Source of the DNA: an uncultured Pseudomonadota bacterium
Lineage (GTDB): Bacteria > Oederibacteriota > Muellerivitia > Muellerivitales > Muellerivitaceae
Length of the DNA: 64,000 bases
Direction: 5' to 3'
Assembly (NCBI GenBank): GCA_963770835.1
Contig: CAVYRH010000019.1
Location: 288,001-352,000, forward strand
Below are positions 39,772-50,384 of this stretch, piece after piece. Under the pieces are notes generated by a model. That model ran no database searches. It was not told the origin of the DNA and saw nothing but the letters and a program-made list of their open reading frames with translations. A program made the position numbers and the translations under genes. Each line of letters starts with the position of its first letter. Within the stretch, counting starts at the first letter, position 1.

Positions 39772-42534
39772 TTAAAGATCGATGCTAGCCGTGATGAGCC
39801 CCGTGTCCTCGGTGCGCTTCAGGGTGAAGCCCAGCTTGGTGCAGACCGTCTGCATCCTTCCGTTTTCCGGAAGGATATAGCCCAGGATCTTCTTCAGCTT
39901 TTCCTTGCGCCCCACGTCCAGGAGGGTCCTCATCATCAAGCCCCCCAGGCCCTTGTTCTGCCATTGGTCGCTGATCAAAATGGCGTATTCAGCCTCTTCC
40001 TTCCAGTGCACACGGCTCAAGCGGCCCACGCCCAAAATCTCGGGCTGGCCCGTTTGGGCATTCTTGGCCACGGCCACCAGCGCCATTTCCCGGTCGTAAT
40101 CGGTGAAGCAAACGCGGGTCAATCTTTCGTGGGCGACCCGGCGGTCAATGTTGAGCGGCTGGAAATACCGCATGAATACGCTGGTTTCGGAGAGGTTTTC
40201 GTGGAACTTCACCAACAGTGGCTCGTCCTCTGGACGGATGGGTCGCAGGGTGACCTCGGCGCCGTTTTTGAGCTTCGTGGTGGAGACGTATTGGGTGGGG
40301 TAGGGCCGGATGGCGGGCCGGGGCAGGTCGGATTCGTCCGTCTCCACCGGGTGTAGAATGACCCGGGCGTCCAAGGCGATAAGGCCCTCGGAAGAAGCCA
40401 TGATCGGGTTGATGTCGATCTCCTTCACCCAGGGCTGTTCCACTACCAGGTAGCTGAACCGAACCATCAGTTGTTCCAGTGCATTCATATCCACGGATTT
40501 GGCGCCCCGTACGCCTTTCAATGCCTTGAAGATCTTGGTTTGTTCCATCAACCGGCGGGCCAGGTTGGTATTGAGGGGCGGAAGGGCCAGGGCCACGTCC
40601 TTGAAAACCTCCACCAGTTGTCCCCCCATGCCGAAGAGGATGACGGGCCCAAATTGGGGGTCGATGTGGCTTCCCACGATGATTTCCTGCCCCTCCATCT
40701 TGACCATAGGCTCCACTACCACGCCCTGGAAATGCTGGGCGCCGGCCTTTTCCGCCACCGACTTCTTGATGTCGCGGAAGGCCGCCTTGACCTCGTCCTC
40801 GCTTTTTAAATTCAGCTTCACGCCGCCCACGTCCGTCTTGTGCGTCAGGGTTTCGGAGAAAAGCTTGACTACGATGGGGAACCCCATCTTCTTGGCGGTT
40901 TGGGCCGCTTCTTCCTCGGTCTTGGCGGCAACCGTTTGTACCACCGGAATGCCGTAGGAGGCCAGGAGGTTCTTGGATTCGTCCTCCGTCAGGAGGGTGC
41001 GCTTTTTGTCCCGCACTTCCTTCAGGATTTGCACCGCCTTTTGGCGGTCCGGCGGCTGGGTGGCGAATTCGGGCAATGCCTGGGGGGTTTCATAGAGCCC
41101 CTGCAAGTTGTGGCTGTAGCGCCAAAGGTCCACAAAGGTGCGCACCGCGTCGTCGGGATACTCATAAGTGGGAATACCTGCGTGGGACAAGATGGTGGCC
41201 CCGGCCGAAACCTGGTCGCCCCCCATCCAACTGGCGAAGACCGGCTTTCCCTCGAGCTTGGCGTAAGGCTTCAGCTTTTCCGCGATGGCCGTGGCGTCGG
41301 TCATTTGTTGGGGAGTCAGGATGACCAAAAAACCGTCGTTTTTCTGGTCTTTCATCACCACTTCCAGGGTCTTGGCGTAGCGCTCCGCGTCCGCGTCCCC
41401 CAGCACGTCGATGGGATTGTGGTGGCTCCAGGCTTCGGGCAAAAACTGGTTCAGCATCTTTTCCGTTTCCGGCGACAGTTCGGCCAGTTCGCCTCCACTG
41501 CGGATCAGGCTGTCGGTGGCCAGTACCCCCGGGCCTCCGGCGTTGGTGATAATGGTGAGCTTGTTGCCCCGGGGCCGGGGTTGTTTGGCCAGGATGTCGG
41601 CCAGGTCGAAGATCTCAGAGATATGGTCCGCGCGCAAAACCCCGCAGCGCTCAAAGGCCGCGTCCAGCACCTCGTCGTTGCCCGCCATGGAGCCGGTATG
41701 GGAGGCCGCCGCCTGGGCCGCAGCGCCCGTGCGCCCGGCCTTGATGACCACGATGGGCTTGGTCAGCACCACTTCGCGGGCCGCCGAGAGGAAGGACCTC
41801 GCGTCGCCGATGCTTTCCATATATACAACGATGCTGTTAGTGTTGGGGTCACTCCCGAAATAGTCGATCATGTCGCCCCAGCCCACGTCGGCCATGGAAC
41901 CCACCGAGGCGAAGGCGGAAAGGCCCACCCGGTTCTTGAGGCTCCAGTCCAGGATGGCGGTGCCGAGGGCGCCGCTTTGGCTTAAAAAGGCCACCTTGCC
42001 GGGCAGCACCATTTCCTTCGCGAAAGAGGCGTTCAAGCCGGTGGGTGGGGTAAGGATTCCCAGGCAATTGGGTCCGATGACCCGGATGCCGCCCCTGCGG
42101 GCGATTTCGATGACCTTATTCTCGAGGGCCACACCGGAGGGGCCGGTCTCCTTGAAGCCCGCCGAGATGACGATGACGGCTGGTATGCCCGCCGCCACGC
42201 ATTCCTCCATGATACCCGGCACCGTGGCCGCCGGGGTACAGACCACTGCCAAGTCCGGTACTTCCGGTAGTTCGGACACCTTGGGATAGGCCTTGACGCC
42301 CAAAAGGCTCGGGCGCTTGGGGTTGATGGGATAAACCACGCCCCCAAAAGGAGTGGAAAGAAGGTTCCAGAATACCGCGCGGCCCACGGAACCGGGCTTC
42401 TCGGTGGCTCCGATGACCGCCACGCTTTGGGGTTTGAAGAACGCGTTTAGGGGGTGGGAGGTGAGTCGGTAGACGTCCTGGCTTCTGTCAGCTTGGGTGG
42501 GTTTGATCGGCTTGATGGGCTTAAGCGTTTCCAT
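39772..42534 (-). CDS. Bifunctional ADP-forming acetate-CoA ligase / GNAT acetyltransferase (Pat-like)
   Basis: [36 protein letters not shown]-grasp, C-terminal GNAT (WQNKGLG). Confidence 0.92.
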   Translation of the reverse strand: METLKPIKPIKPTQADRSQDVYRLTSHPLNAFFKPQSVAVIGATEKPGSVGRAVFWNLLSTPFGGVVYPINPKRPSLLGVKAYPKVSELPEVPDLAVVCTPAATVPGIMEECVAAGIPAVIVISAGFKETGPSGVALENKVIEIARRGGIRVIGPNCLGILTPPTGLNASFAKEMVLPGKVAFLSQSGALGTAILDWSLKNRVGLSAFASVGSMADVGWGDMIDYFGSDPNTNSIVVYMESIGDARSFLSAAREVVLTKPIVVIKAGRTGAAAQAAASHTGSMAGNDEVLDAAFERCGVLRADHISEIFDLADILAKQPRPRGNKLTIITNAGGPGVLATDSLIRSGGELAELSPETEKMLNQFLPEAWSHHNPIDVLGDADAERYAKTLEVVMKDQKNDGFLVILTPQQMTDATAIAEKLKPYAKLEGKPVFASWMGGDQVSAGATILSHAGIPTYEYPDDAVRTFVDLWRYSHNLQGLYETPQALPEFATQPPDRQKAVQILKEVRDKKRTLLTEDESKNLLASYGIPVVQTVAAKTEEEAAQTAKKMGFPIVVKLFSETLTHKTDVGGVKLNLKSEDEVKAAFRDIKKSVAEKAGAQHFQGVVVEPMVKMEGQEIIVGSHIDPQFGPVILFGMGGQLVEVFKDVALALPPLNTNLARRLMEQTKIFKALKGVRGAKSVDMNALEQLMVRFSYLVVEQPWVKEIDINPIMASSEGLIALDARVILHPVETDESDLPRPAIRPYPTQYVSTTKLKNGAEVTLRPIRPEDEPLLVKFHENLSETSVFMRYFQPLNIDRRVAHERLTRVCFTDYDREMALVAVAKNAQTGQPEILGVGRLSRVHWKEEAEYAILISDQWQNKGLGGLMMRTLLDVGRKEKLKKILGYILPENGRMQTVCTKLGFTLKRTEDTGLITASIDL

Positions 42535-42607
42535 GATTCCCTTTCGTCGGCGGGGCAACAGACCCCAAGTTTTCAGGCGTAATCTAGAGAAAGAAGTTCG
42601 TGAAAGG

Positions 42608-42623
42608 TATGACAGGTGTCATA
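42608..42623 (-). promoter_or_regulatory. Perfect TATGA-N6-TCATA site for the acetate-CoA ligase gene
   Basis: TATGACAGGTGTCATA; minus-strand TAGATT starts at 42586. Confidence 0.65.
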
Positions 42624-42705
42624 AAAAAAATCAATTAACTTTAGGTTAAGTTTCTCAGGATTCCCTGCGAATTCCTCCAAACCGGATTTCCCCAGTACAC
42701 AAGAT

Positions 42706-42721
42706 TATGACATGCCTCATA
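42706..42721 (+). promoter_or_regulatory. Perfect TATGA-N6-TCATA site upstream of hypC
   Basis: (T)TATGACATGCCTCATA(A); TAGGAT at 42743. Confidence 0.65.
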
Positions 42722-42785
42722 AATGTGAGGTTCCTCCACCCCTAGGATGCTTCCGAGGGGCAACGCGGCCCCCAAGGAGCCGGCC

Positions 42786-43034
42786 ATGTGTTTAGCAGTG
42801 CCAGGAAAAATTGTCAGCATCACGGGCGGGGAGCCCCTTTTCCTAAAGGGAAAAGTGGATTTTGGCGGCGTGGCCCGCGAAGTTTCCTTGGCCTGCCTGC
42901 CCGAAGCCCGGGTGGGCGATTACGTGATCGTGCACGTGGGCATGGCCATCAGCTTGCTGGATGAAGCGGAGGCCCGGCGCACCCTTGAGGACTTGGAAAC
43001 CCTTCGGGAGTTTTCCTCCAGAGGCACGCCATGA
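42786..43034 (+). CDS. hypC: Hydrogenase maturation chaperone HypC
   Basis: MCLAVPG and [19 protein letters not shown]. Confidence 0.96.
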   Translation: MCLAVPGKIVSITGGEPLFLKGKVDFGGVAREVSLACLPEARVGDYVIVHVGMAISLLDEAEARRTLEDLETLREFSSRGTP

Positions 43035-44146
43035 AATACGTGGACGAATACCGCGACGGCCGGGCCTGCCTGGAGACGGCCGAAGCCATCAAGAAAATCA
43101 CCACCCGTCCCTGGGTACTCATGGAAATTTGCGGCGGCCAAACCCATTCCATCGCCCGTTATGGGCTGGAGAACCTCCTGCCCCCCCAAATCTCCCTGGT
43201 TCACGGCCCCGGCTGCCCGGTCTGCGTGACGCCCCTGGAAGTGATCGACAAGGCGGTGGAAATTGCCGCGCGCCCAGGCGTGATCTTTTGTTCCTTCGGC
43301 GACATGATGCGGGTGCCGGGCAGCAGGAAGGACCTGCTCTCGGTGAAGGCCCAGGGCGGCGAAGTACGTCTGGTTTACTCGCCCCTGGATGCCGTCAAGA
43401 TCGCCCAACAAAACCCCGCCAAGCAAGTGGTCTTTTTCGCGGTGGGCTTCGAGACCACCGCGCCCGCTAACGCCATGGCGGTCCGGCAGGCGAAGGCCCT
43501 TAAGCTCTCAAATTTTTTCATTCTCGTTTCCCACGTGCTGGTGCCTCCGGCCATGGAGGCCATTCTTTCCTCGCCCGACAACCGCGTTCAGGCATTTCTG
43601 GCCGCCGGCCACGTCTGCACCGTCATGGGTTTCGGCCAATACCCGCCGATCGCCGAAAAATATAAAGTTCCCATCGTCGTCACTGGCTTCGAACCCCTGG
43701 ACGTGATGTTGGGCGTTTACTACTGCGTCAAGCAGTTGGAGGAAGGCCGCCACGTTGTGGAAAACCGATACAAGCGTTCGGTGCGGCCCGAAGGAAATAC
43801 CGGAGCTTTGGAAACCATCGGCGAGGTTTTTGTGGTGGTCACCCGTAAATGGCGGGGGATCGGGGCAATTCCCAACAGCGGCTGGGCCCTCAACGAAAAA
43901 TACCGTGCCTTCGACGCCGAAAGGCGTTTCGGGGTCGCCCAGGTGACGGCCGAGGAAAGCCCCGACTGTATCAGCGGGCAGATCTTGCGGGGCTTGAAGA
44001 AACCCGTCCAATGCCCAGCCTTCAACACCCTCTGTACCCCCGAACACCCCTTGGGCGCTCCCATGGTTTCTACCGAGGGCGCTTGCTCGGCTTATTACCG
44101 CTACCGGCGGCATGAAGTCCCACCCGTCGTGGAGGTGGCGTTATGA
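43031..44146 (+). CDS. hypD: Hydrogenase maturation protein HypD
   Basis: [30 protein letters not shown]. Confidence 0.97.
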   Translation: MKYVDEYRDGRACLETAEAIKKITTRPWVLMEICGGQTHSIARYGLENLLPPQISLVHGPGCPVCVTPLEVIDKAVEIAARPGVIFCSFGDMMRVPGSRKDLLSVKAQGGEVRLVYSPLDAVKIAQQNPAKQVVFFAVGFETTAPANAMAVRQAKALKLSNFFILVSHVLVPPAMEAILSSPDNRVQAFLAAGHVCTVMGFGQYPPIAEKYKVPIVVTGFEPLDVMLGVYYCVKQLEEGRHVVENRYKRSVRPEGNTGALETIGEVFVVVTRKWRGIGAIPNSGWALNEKYRAFDAERRFGVAQVTAEESPDCISGQILRGLKKPVQCPAFNTLCTPEHPLGAPMVSTEGACSAYYRYRRHEVPPVVEVAL

Positions 44147-45216
44147 GATCTTTTCTCGAACTCTTCAACGACCAGCCGGGGAACCCGCGCTTCAAAGTCA
44201 CCGGCCTTTTTCTCTTATTAATAGCCTTCAACCTTGCCGCCTGGGCCTGGGCTTGGGCCGCCTTTGCCCATTCCCCCGCCCTTTTGGCCATGGCGCTCCT
44301 GGCTTACCTTTTTGGCCTTCGCCATGCCCTGGACGCCGACCACCTGGCCGCCATCGACAACGTGGTGCGCAAGCTTTCTCAAAGGGGCGGCAAGCCCTAT
44401 TCCACCGGCTTCTTCTTTTCCCTGGGCCATTCCACGGTAGTCGTGCTGGCCACCATGATGGTGGCGAGCCTGGCTTCGGCCTTGAAGGGCCGCCTGGAAA
44501 AAGCCGGCGAGATCGGGGGCTTGGTGGGGACGGGGGTCTCGGCTTTCTTCCTTCTCTTCATCGCCTTCGCCAATTTCTTCATCCTCAAGGCGGTTTGGGG
44601 CGCCTTTCAAAGGGCCCGGCGCGGCGCGGCCGTGGATGAAGAGGATCTGAACGCCCTTCTTGCGGGCCGGGGTTTCTTCACGCATCTGTTGAAGTCCCTC
44701 TTCGACCTGGTCTCCGAAAGCCGCCACCTTTACTGGGTGGGATTCCTCTTTGGGTTGGGTTTTGACACCGCTACCGAAGTGGGCCTTCTGGGCCTCTCGG
44801 CCACCCAGGCGGTCAACGGTCTTCCGGGCGCCTCTATTATGATCTTCCCCACCCTCTTTACGGCGGGCATGGCGCTTGTTGACACCGCCGACAGCGTACT
44901 CATGGTGAAGGTCTACGGCTGGGCCTTCCAAGCGCCCTTGCGCAAGCTTTGGTACAACCTGACGCTCACTTCCTTTTCCATCCTCTTGGCACTCGTCATC
45001 GGCGGCGCGGAGGCCTTGAGCCTATTGTCCAATCACTTGGGATTAACCGGCGGGATTTGGGACTCGGTATCCTGGCTTGGAAACCTCCAGGGAAGCTTCG
45101 GCCTGGCGGCTGTTGGAATTTTCTTTTTGGGCTGGATGATTTCGGCCTTCTGGTATCGGTGGAGTGGATATGAAAAACAAGTTCCAGAAAATTTTTCCTT
45201 GGAGAAGAAGCCATGA
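44143..45216 (+). CDS. High-affinity Ni/Co transporter, NiCoT (HoxN/HupN/NixA) family
   Basis: [31 protein letters not shown]. Confidence 0.95.
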   Translation: MRSFLELFNDQPGNPRFKVTGLFLLLIAFNLAAWAWAWAAFAHSPALLAMALLAYLFGLRHALDADHLAAIDNVVRKLSQRGGKPYSTGFFFSLGHSTVVVLATMMVASLASALKGRLEKAGEIGGLVGTGVSAFFLLFIAFANFFILKAVWGAFQRARRGAAVDEEDLNALLAGRGFFTHLLKSLFDLVSESRHLYWVGFLFGLGFDTATEVGLLGLSATQAVNGLPGASIMIFPTLFTAGMALVDTADSVLMVKVYGWAFQAPLRKLWYNLTLTSFSILLALVIGGAEALSLLSNHLGLTGGIWDSVSWLGNLQGSFGLAAVGIFFLGWMISAFWYRWSGYEKQVPENFSLEKKP

Positions 45217-46265
45217 ACCCCACCAAGCTTAACTTGGATTGCCCCCTGCCTTTCACCGATTACGACCGGGTGTTGCTGGCCCACGGCGGTGGGGGAACCC
45301 TCACCCAACAGCTCATCGAAAAGATCTTCCTGCCCGCCTTCGGCAACGCGCCCCTTTTGAAAAAACACGATTCGGCGGTGGTCCCCCTGGCCGGCCAGGC
45401 GGTGGCCATGACCACCGATTCCTACGTGGTCAAGCCGCTCTTTTTCCCCGGCGGGGACATCGGGAAGCTGGCGGTCACCGGCACGGTGAACGACCTGGCC
45501 ATGGCGGGTGCCCAGCCCCTTTATTTGAGCGCGGGCTTCATTTTGGAGGAGGGCCTGCCGATGGAGACTCTTTGGCGGGTGGTCCAATCCATGAGCGAGG
45601 CCGCCTGGGAGGCGGGCGTGGCCATCGTCACGGGGGACACCAAGGTGGTGGACAAGGGCAAGGGTGACGGCATTTTCATCAATACGGCGGGCATCGGCGT
45701 GGTGCGGCCCGGCCTGGATATCTCTCCCTCGTCGGTGAAACCCGGCGACGCCATCATCCTGAGCGGCGACGTGGGACGGCACGGAATCGCCATCATGGCG
45801 GCCCGGGAGGGCCTGGAATTTGAGACCAAACTCGAAAGCGACTGCGCTTTTCTTCACGAACCCGTGCTTTCCCTTTTGGAGGGGGGTGTAGGCATTCATT
45901 GCCTCAGGGACTTGACTCGTGGGGGCCTGGCCTCAGCCTTGAACGAGATCGCCCAGGCTTCCGGCAACCCGATCCAGGTATCCGAATCGGAGATCCCCGT
46001 GCGGGAGGAAGTGAGTTCGGCCTGCGAAATCCTGGGATTGGACCCCTTTTACGTCGCCAACGAGGGGCGCTTCATTTGCATCCTGCCTGAGGCGGAAGTA
46101 GGACGGGCCCTGGCGGTGTTGAAGGCCCACCCGGTCAGCCGCGACGCGCGGGTGATCGGCCGGGTGCTTCCCGGCCCCGGCAAGTCGGTACGGTTGAAGA
46201 GCGTCACCGGGTCCTTGCGGGTGATGGACCTTTTAAGCGGCGAGCAGTTGCCGCGGATTTGTTGA
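45213..46265 (+). CDS. hypE: Carbamoyl dehydratase HypE
   Basis: AHGGGG, TTDSYVV, GDTKVV, RDLTRGG, C-terminal LPRIC. Confidence 0.97.
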   Translation: MNPTKLNLDCPLPFTDYDRVLLAHGGGGTLTQQLIEKIFLPAFGNAPLLKKHDSAVVPLAGQAVAMTTDSYVVKPLFFPGGDIGKLAVTGTVNDLAMAGAQPLYLSAGFILEEGLPMETLWRVVQSMSEAAWEAGVAIVTGDTKVVDKGKGDGIFINTAGIGVVRPGLDISPSSVKPGDAIILSGDVGRHGIAIMAAREGLEFETKLESDCAFLHEPVLSLLEGGVGIHCLRDLTRGGLASALNEIAQASGNPIQVSESEIPVREEVSSACEILGLDPFYVANEGRFICILPEAEVGRALAVLKAHPVSRDARVIGRVLPGPGKSVRLKSVTGSLRVMDLLSGEQLPRIC

Positions 46266-47116
46266 GGAGGCTTGGCATAAACACAAATACCGGATCATTG
46301 GAAAATAAGACCAGCTTTTATTATCCCCTCCTGCTTTTACCCCACGACGAGCGGGAAGGCATGGAGGTGTTGTACCGTTATTGCCGGGAGGCGGACGATA
46401 TCGCGGATGGGGAGGGAACCCCGTTGGAAAAAAAGAGCCGGTTTTCCCGGTTTCTCCTCGGCTTCAAGGCCGCTCTCCGCGACCGCGCCCAGGAACCCCT
46501 GTTCCAAAACCTCCAAAACGTCATCCACCGTTTCACCCTTACCCCCGAACCCCTCCACCGCATCCTCAAGGGAGTCAAGCGGGACCTCGGCCCGGTGCGC
46601 TTCAAGACCTTCACGCAGCTTCACCAATACGCCCTCGAAGTGGCCGGCGGCCCGGGGCTTTCAAGCATGGAAATCTTCGGCTACAAAGACGCCGAACACA
46701 GACAATACGCGGAGAACCTGGGGGTCTTCCTTCAGATCGTCAATATCGTGCGGGATTATATTGAGGACGGCGCTATGGGACGGCAATACCTGCCCACAGA
46801 GGATTTCCGTCATTTCCAATTGGAGCCCCGCTTCCTCGACGAAACGAGTCGCCACTGGCGTTCCTTCGTGGAGTTCCAGCTGGACCGGGCCTGGTACTTC
46901 CTGGAAAAGTCGCGGGAATCCCTCACCCTCTCCCAAAGGGCCAAACTGCCCACGGCGGAGTCCATCGCGGAAGTTTACGTCAAGCTTTACGATAAGCTTT
47001 GGCTCGATCCCTACCGAATCCTGGAAGGCAAAGCCGGCCTAAGCAAGGCCGACAAAATCCTTTCAGTGGCAGGCGCGACGGGCCGGTGCTTGGTCTGGCG
47101 TTGGGCGAAGGACTAA
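46259..47116 (+). CDS. Squalene/phytoene synthase family protein (HpnD/CrtB-like); start uncertain
   Basis: [28 protein letters not shown]...GRQYLP. Confidence 0.85.
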   Translation: MLRRLGINTNTGSLENKTSFYYPLLLLPHDEREGMEVLYRYCREADDIADGEGTPLEKKSRFSRFLLGFKAALRDRAQEPLFQNLQNVIHRFTLTPEPLHRILKGVKRDLGPVRFKTFTQLHQYALEVAGGPGLSSMEIFGYKDAEHRQYAENLGVFLQIVNIVRDYIEDGAMGRQYLPTEDFRHFQLEPRFLDETSRHWRSFVEFQLDRAWYFLEKSRESLTLSQRAKLPTAESIAEVYVKLYDKLWLDPYRILEGKAGLSKADKILSVAGATGRCLVWRWAKD

Positions 47117-47158
47117 AATTCTTGTAAAAGCCGAACGCAAGTGAGACTTGAGTTAGCT

Positions 47159-47306
47159 GTCATTGCGAGGAATACCTGCCGAATATGCGGGTGATTATGA
47201 CGAAGCAACCCCAGTTTAAATAGGTCGTTGCGAAGAAAAAGCAGCCAAGACTAAACCACCCATAAACTGAGGTTGCTTCGCTTCAAAATTCGAAGCTCGC
47301 AATGAC
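47159..47306. repeat. GTCATTGCGAG-type palindromic repeat without outer TIRs
   Basis: GTCATTGCGAG...CGAAGCAACC...GGTTGCTTCG...CTCGCAATGAC. Confidence 0.7.
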
Positions 47307-47326
47307 CGCAATAGGAAATTTTCGAT

Positions 47327-48040
47327 ATGAAAAAAAACATTGCCGACCTTCGCCGGGAATATAACCCCGGCCTTTCCAACAATTGGTTCCAAAACGTCCT
47401 GCGGGCCCTGACCGTCGGCAAGCGCGAAGTTTACAACCGGAGCCTGGCGGAAGAGACCGCCCCAACCTATCCCTTCTCCCTTTTTCAGGCCTGGCTGGAG
47501 GAAGCCATGGGAGCGGGCTTGTTGGACCCTACCGCCATGACCCTGGGTACCCTAGGCCCGGACAACCGGCCAAGCCTGCGCACCGTTTTATTGAAGGGAT
47601 TTGACGGCAAGGGTTTCGTGTTCTTCACCAGCTACCAAAGCCGCAAGGGCCGGGATATCTGCCGCAACCCTTTCGCTTCCCTCCTTTTTTATTGGCCGGT
47701 GCTGGCCCGCCAGGTGCGCATCGATGGAAGCATTTCGACCATCGCCGCCAAAGAATCGGATGATTACTTTGAAAGCCGCCCCCGGGGAAGCCAATTGGCC
47801 GCCTGGGCCTGCCCCCAAAGTATGCCCGTGCCGGGGCGGGATTTTTTGGAGGACCGCATGCGGTTCTTCGGGGAGAAGTTCCGGGGGAAACCCGTGCCCC
47901 GTCCCCCCCACTGGGGCGGGTACCGGCTGGTGGCGGAAAAGTTCGAGTTTTGGAACGGCCGGCCCAACCGCCTGCACGACCGCCTTTTTTACCATAAAAA
48001 GCCCAGAAGCGGCTGGATCCGAACCCGGCTGGCACCCTGA
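47327..48040 (+). CDS. pdxH: Pyridoxamine 5'-phosphate oxidase
   Basis: RTVLLK, SRKG, RQVRIDG, YFESRP, WGGY, EFW.GRPNRLHDR. Confidence 0.95.
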   Translation: MKKNIADLRREYNPGLSNNWFQNVLRALTVGKREVYNRSLAEETAPTYPFSLFQAWLEEAMGAGLLDPTAMTLGTLGPDNRPSLRTVLLKGFDGKGFVFFTSYQSRKGRDICRNPFASLLFYWPVLARQVRIDGSISTIAAKESDDYFESRPRGSQLAAWACPQSMPVPGRDFLEDRMRFFGEKFRGKPVPRPPHWGGYRLVAEKFEFWNGRPNRLHDRLFYHKKPRSGWIRTRLAP

Positions 48041-48042
48041 AG

Positions 48043-48134
48043 CCTCTTGAACCACAGAGTACACAGAGGGCACAGAGTTAAATCTTAAGATTCATTTTTA
48101 AAAGGCAAAAACCTTACTCCGTGAACTCTGTGGT
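48043..48134. repeat. ACAGAG-type palindromic repeat, copy 1
   Basis: CCTCTTGAACCACAGAGTACACAGAGGGCACAGAG...CTCCGTGAACTCTGTGGT. Confidence 0.75.
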
Positions 48135-48257
48135 AAAAATCTTTTTTTATTCCTTTGATCTCCCCTCAAAATGTCCCGCCACCCCTTAAATGCCTTTGAA
48201 TTTGGCCCCTCCGCCCTTATCCTGCTCCTCCTTACACACCAAAAGGATAGGAATAAC

Positions 48258-50087
48258 GTGGGAATCTTGCTGAGTTGCCAAAATTTATCGAAGAGTTTCG
48301 GCCACCGGCCGCTGTTCGAAAACCTCTCTTTCGGGCTCTTTGAGGGTGAACGCACGGGCCTGATCGGGCCAAACGGAACCGGCAAATCCACCCTGCTGAA
48401 GATATTGGCGGGCGTGGAGAAGCCGGACGACGGGGTCATCGCGGCCCGAAAGGGACTGCGGGTGGGCTACCTGGCCCAGCAGGACCGTTTTGAGGACCCG
48501 GGAACCTTGACCGTCCGCGAAGCGGTCATTAAAGGCCTGGAAGGCCTGCACCTGGAGGATTGGGAGATCGACCTTCGGGCGGAAGGGGGCCTGGACGAGG
48601 CCGGCTTTACCAACCACGACCAGCCGGTGTCCAAACTTTCCGGCGGCTGGCGAAAGCGCTTGTCCATCCTGACCCAAGTTTTGCGGGAACCCGACCTGCT
48701 TTTGCTCGATGAACCCACCAACCATTTGGATCTGGAGGGCGTGCTTTGGCTGGAAGACTTCATGGAAAACCTGGCCTTCTCCTTTATGGTCGTGACCCAC
48801 GACCGGCGTTTCCTGGAGCGGGTCTCGAACCGCGTCATCGAATTGAACAAGCAATATCCGGAAGGGTATTTCGGAAACGAGGGGAATTACAGCCAGTTCC
48901 TGGAAAAACGCGAGGAGCTTTTCAACTCCCAGGCCCGGCGCGAAAGCACCGTGGCCAACCAGGTCCGCCGGGAAATCGAATGGCTGCGCCGGGGGCCCAA
49001 GGCCCGGCAGACCAAACAACAGGCCCGCATCGACCGTGCCGGGGAGCTGATGGGGGAGCTGAGCGAACTGGAATACCGCAATTCCCAAGGCCGCAGCGTG
49101 GACATCGATTTCTCCGGGTCCAACCGCCAGACCCAGCGGCTGGTGGCCGCGGAAAAGATAACGAAAACCCTGGGCGGGCGGAAACTCTTCAGCCCCCTGG
49201 ACCTGCTTTTGACGCCCGGAGACAAGCTGGGCCTTTTGGGCGAGAACGGCAGCGGCAAGAGCACCCTGTTGAAAATCCTGGCGGGTGAAATTAAACCCGA
49301 TACCGGAAATCTGAAACAGGCGGACAAACTTCGGGTGGTGACCTTCGACCAGCACCGCGGCCAGTTGAACCTGGACCAAAGCCTGCGCCAAGCCCTTTGC
49401 GAGAAGGGCGATTACGTCACCTATAAGGAAAGCCAGATCCACGTGGCCAGCTGGGCATCACGATTCCTCTTTACCAAAATCCAGCTCGACCAGTCCTTGA
49501 AGCAGATGTCCGGCGGGGAGCAATCCCGCGTTCTGATAGCCCGGCTGATGCTCAAACCCGCTGATCTTCTCTTATTAGATGAACCTACGAACGACCTGGA
49601 CATTCCTTCCCTGGAAGTTCTGGAGCAAAGTCTTGCGGAGTTTCCTGGGGCCCTGGTGCTGGTAACTCACGACCGTTACCTTCTGGATCGGGTGAGCCGC
49701 CAGATTTTGGCCTTGGACGGCAAGGGCCACGCGGGGTTTTTCGCCGACCTGTCCCAGTGGGAGGACTACCGGGCGCAGGAACGGGAAAAAGAAAAGACCA
49801 AGGGCAAACAAGTTGAGCCTGCGAAGCCCATCGTCCAAGAGAAGCCCAAAAAGACGCTCTCCACCAAGGAAGTAAAGGAAATCAAGGACATGGACTCCGC
49901 GATCCACGAAGCGGAGGAAAAGGTGAAAGCCGCCAAGGCCCTGCTGGAAGACCCTGCCGTCGCCTCGGACTTGGCCCAATTACAGGAGCGCCAGCGGCTG
50001 GTCGACACCGAACAAGCCAAGTTGGATGCCCTCTATCAGCGCTGGGAAGAGCTTGAGGCCAAACGCGGTCAAATGGAGACCAAGTAA
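48258..50087 (+). CDS. ABC-F family ATPase (Uup-like)
   Basis: Two NBDs (GPNGTGKS, LSGG, DEPTNHLD; GENGSGKS, MSGGE, DEPTNDLD), no TM, C-terminal coiled coil; GTG start. Confidence 0.93.
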   Translation: MGILLSCQNLSKSFGHRPLFENLSFGLFEGERTGLIGPNGTGKSTLLKILAGVEKPDDGVIAARKGLRVGYLAQQDRFEDPGTLTVREAVIKGLEGLHLEDWEIDLRAEGGLDEAGFTNHDQPVSKLSGGWRKRLSILTQVLREPDLLLLDEPTNHLDLEGVLWLEDFMENLAFSFMVVTHDRRFLERVSNRVIELNKQYPEGYFGNEGNYSQFLEKREELFNSQARRESTVANQVRREIEWLRRGPKARQTKQQARIDRAGELMGELSELEYRNSQGRSVDIDFSGSNRQTQRLVAAEKITKTLGGRKLFSPLDLLLTPGDKLGLLGENGSGKSTLLKILAGEIKPDTGNLKQADKLRVVTFDQHRGQLNLDQSLRQALCEKGDYVTYKESQIHVASWASRFLFTKIQLDQSLKQMSGGEQSRVLIARLMLKPADLLLLDEPTNDLDIPSLEVLEQSLAEFPGALVLVTHDRYLLDRVSRQILALDGKGHAGFFADLSQWEDYRAQEREKEKTKGKQVEPAKPIVQEKPKKTLSTKEVKEIKDMDSAIHEAEEKVKAAKALLEDPAVASDLAQLQERQRLVDTEQAKLDALYQRWEELEAKRGQMETK

Positions 50088-50097
50088 ACCCCTCAAA

Positions 50098-50241
50098 CCT
50101 CTTGAACCACAGAGTTCACCCCGCTTTGCATGATTCGAATACGAATCATGCGGGGTGGTACACGGAGTACACAGAGGAAGGCATAAGAATTTCCTTTAAT
50201 TTAGGTTGTCTTACTCCGTGAACTCTGTGTCCTCTGTGGTT
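50098..50241. repeat. ACAGAG-type palindromic repeat, copy 2, with an inserted 41-nt hairpin
   Basis: CCTCTTGAACCACAGAG...CTCTGTGTCCTCTGTGGTT; insert at 50117-50157. Confidence 0.75.
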
Positions 50242-50290
50242 AAAACTCCTTGTTAATAGTCTTTATTTTCCCTTCGAAACCCCTGAATTA

Positions 50291-50306
50291 GCTGATCCCG
50301 ATCATA
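50291..50306 (+). promoter_or_regulatory. Degenerate TATGA-N6-TCATA site upstream of nifJ
   Basis: GCTGATCCCGATCATA (2 mismatches); TATCGT at 50328. Confidence 0.5.
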
Positions 50307-50384
50307 CTTTTCACCGGAAATTCCTCCTATCGTAACTTTGAAGCCAAGCCGTGAATCCGCGTATTCCTTAGGAGGAATCCCACC

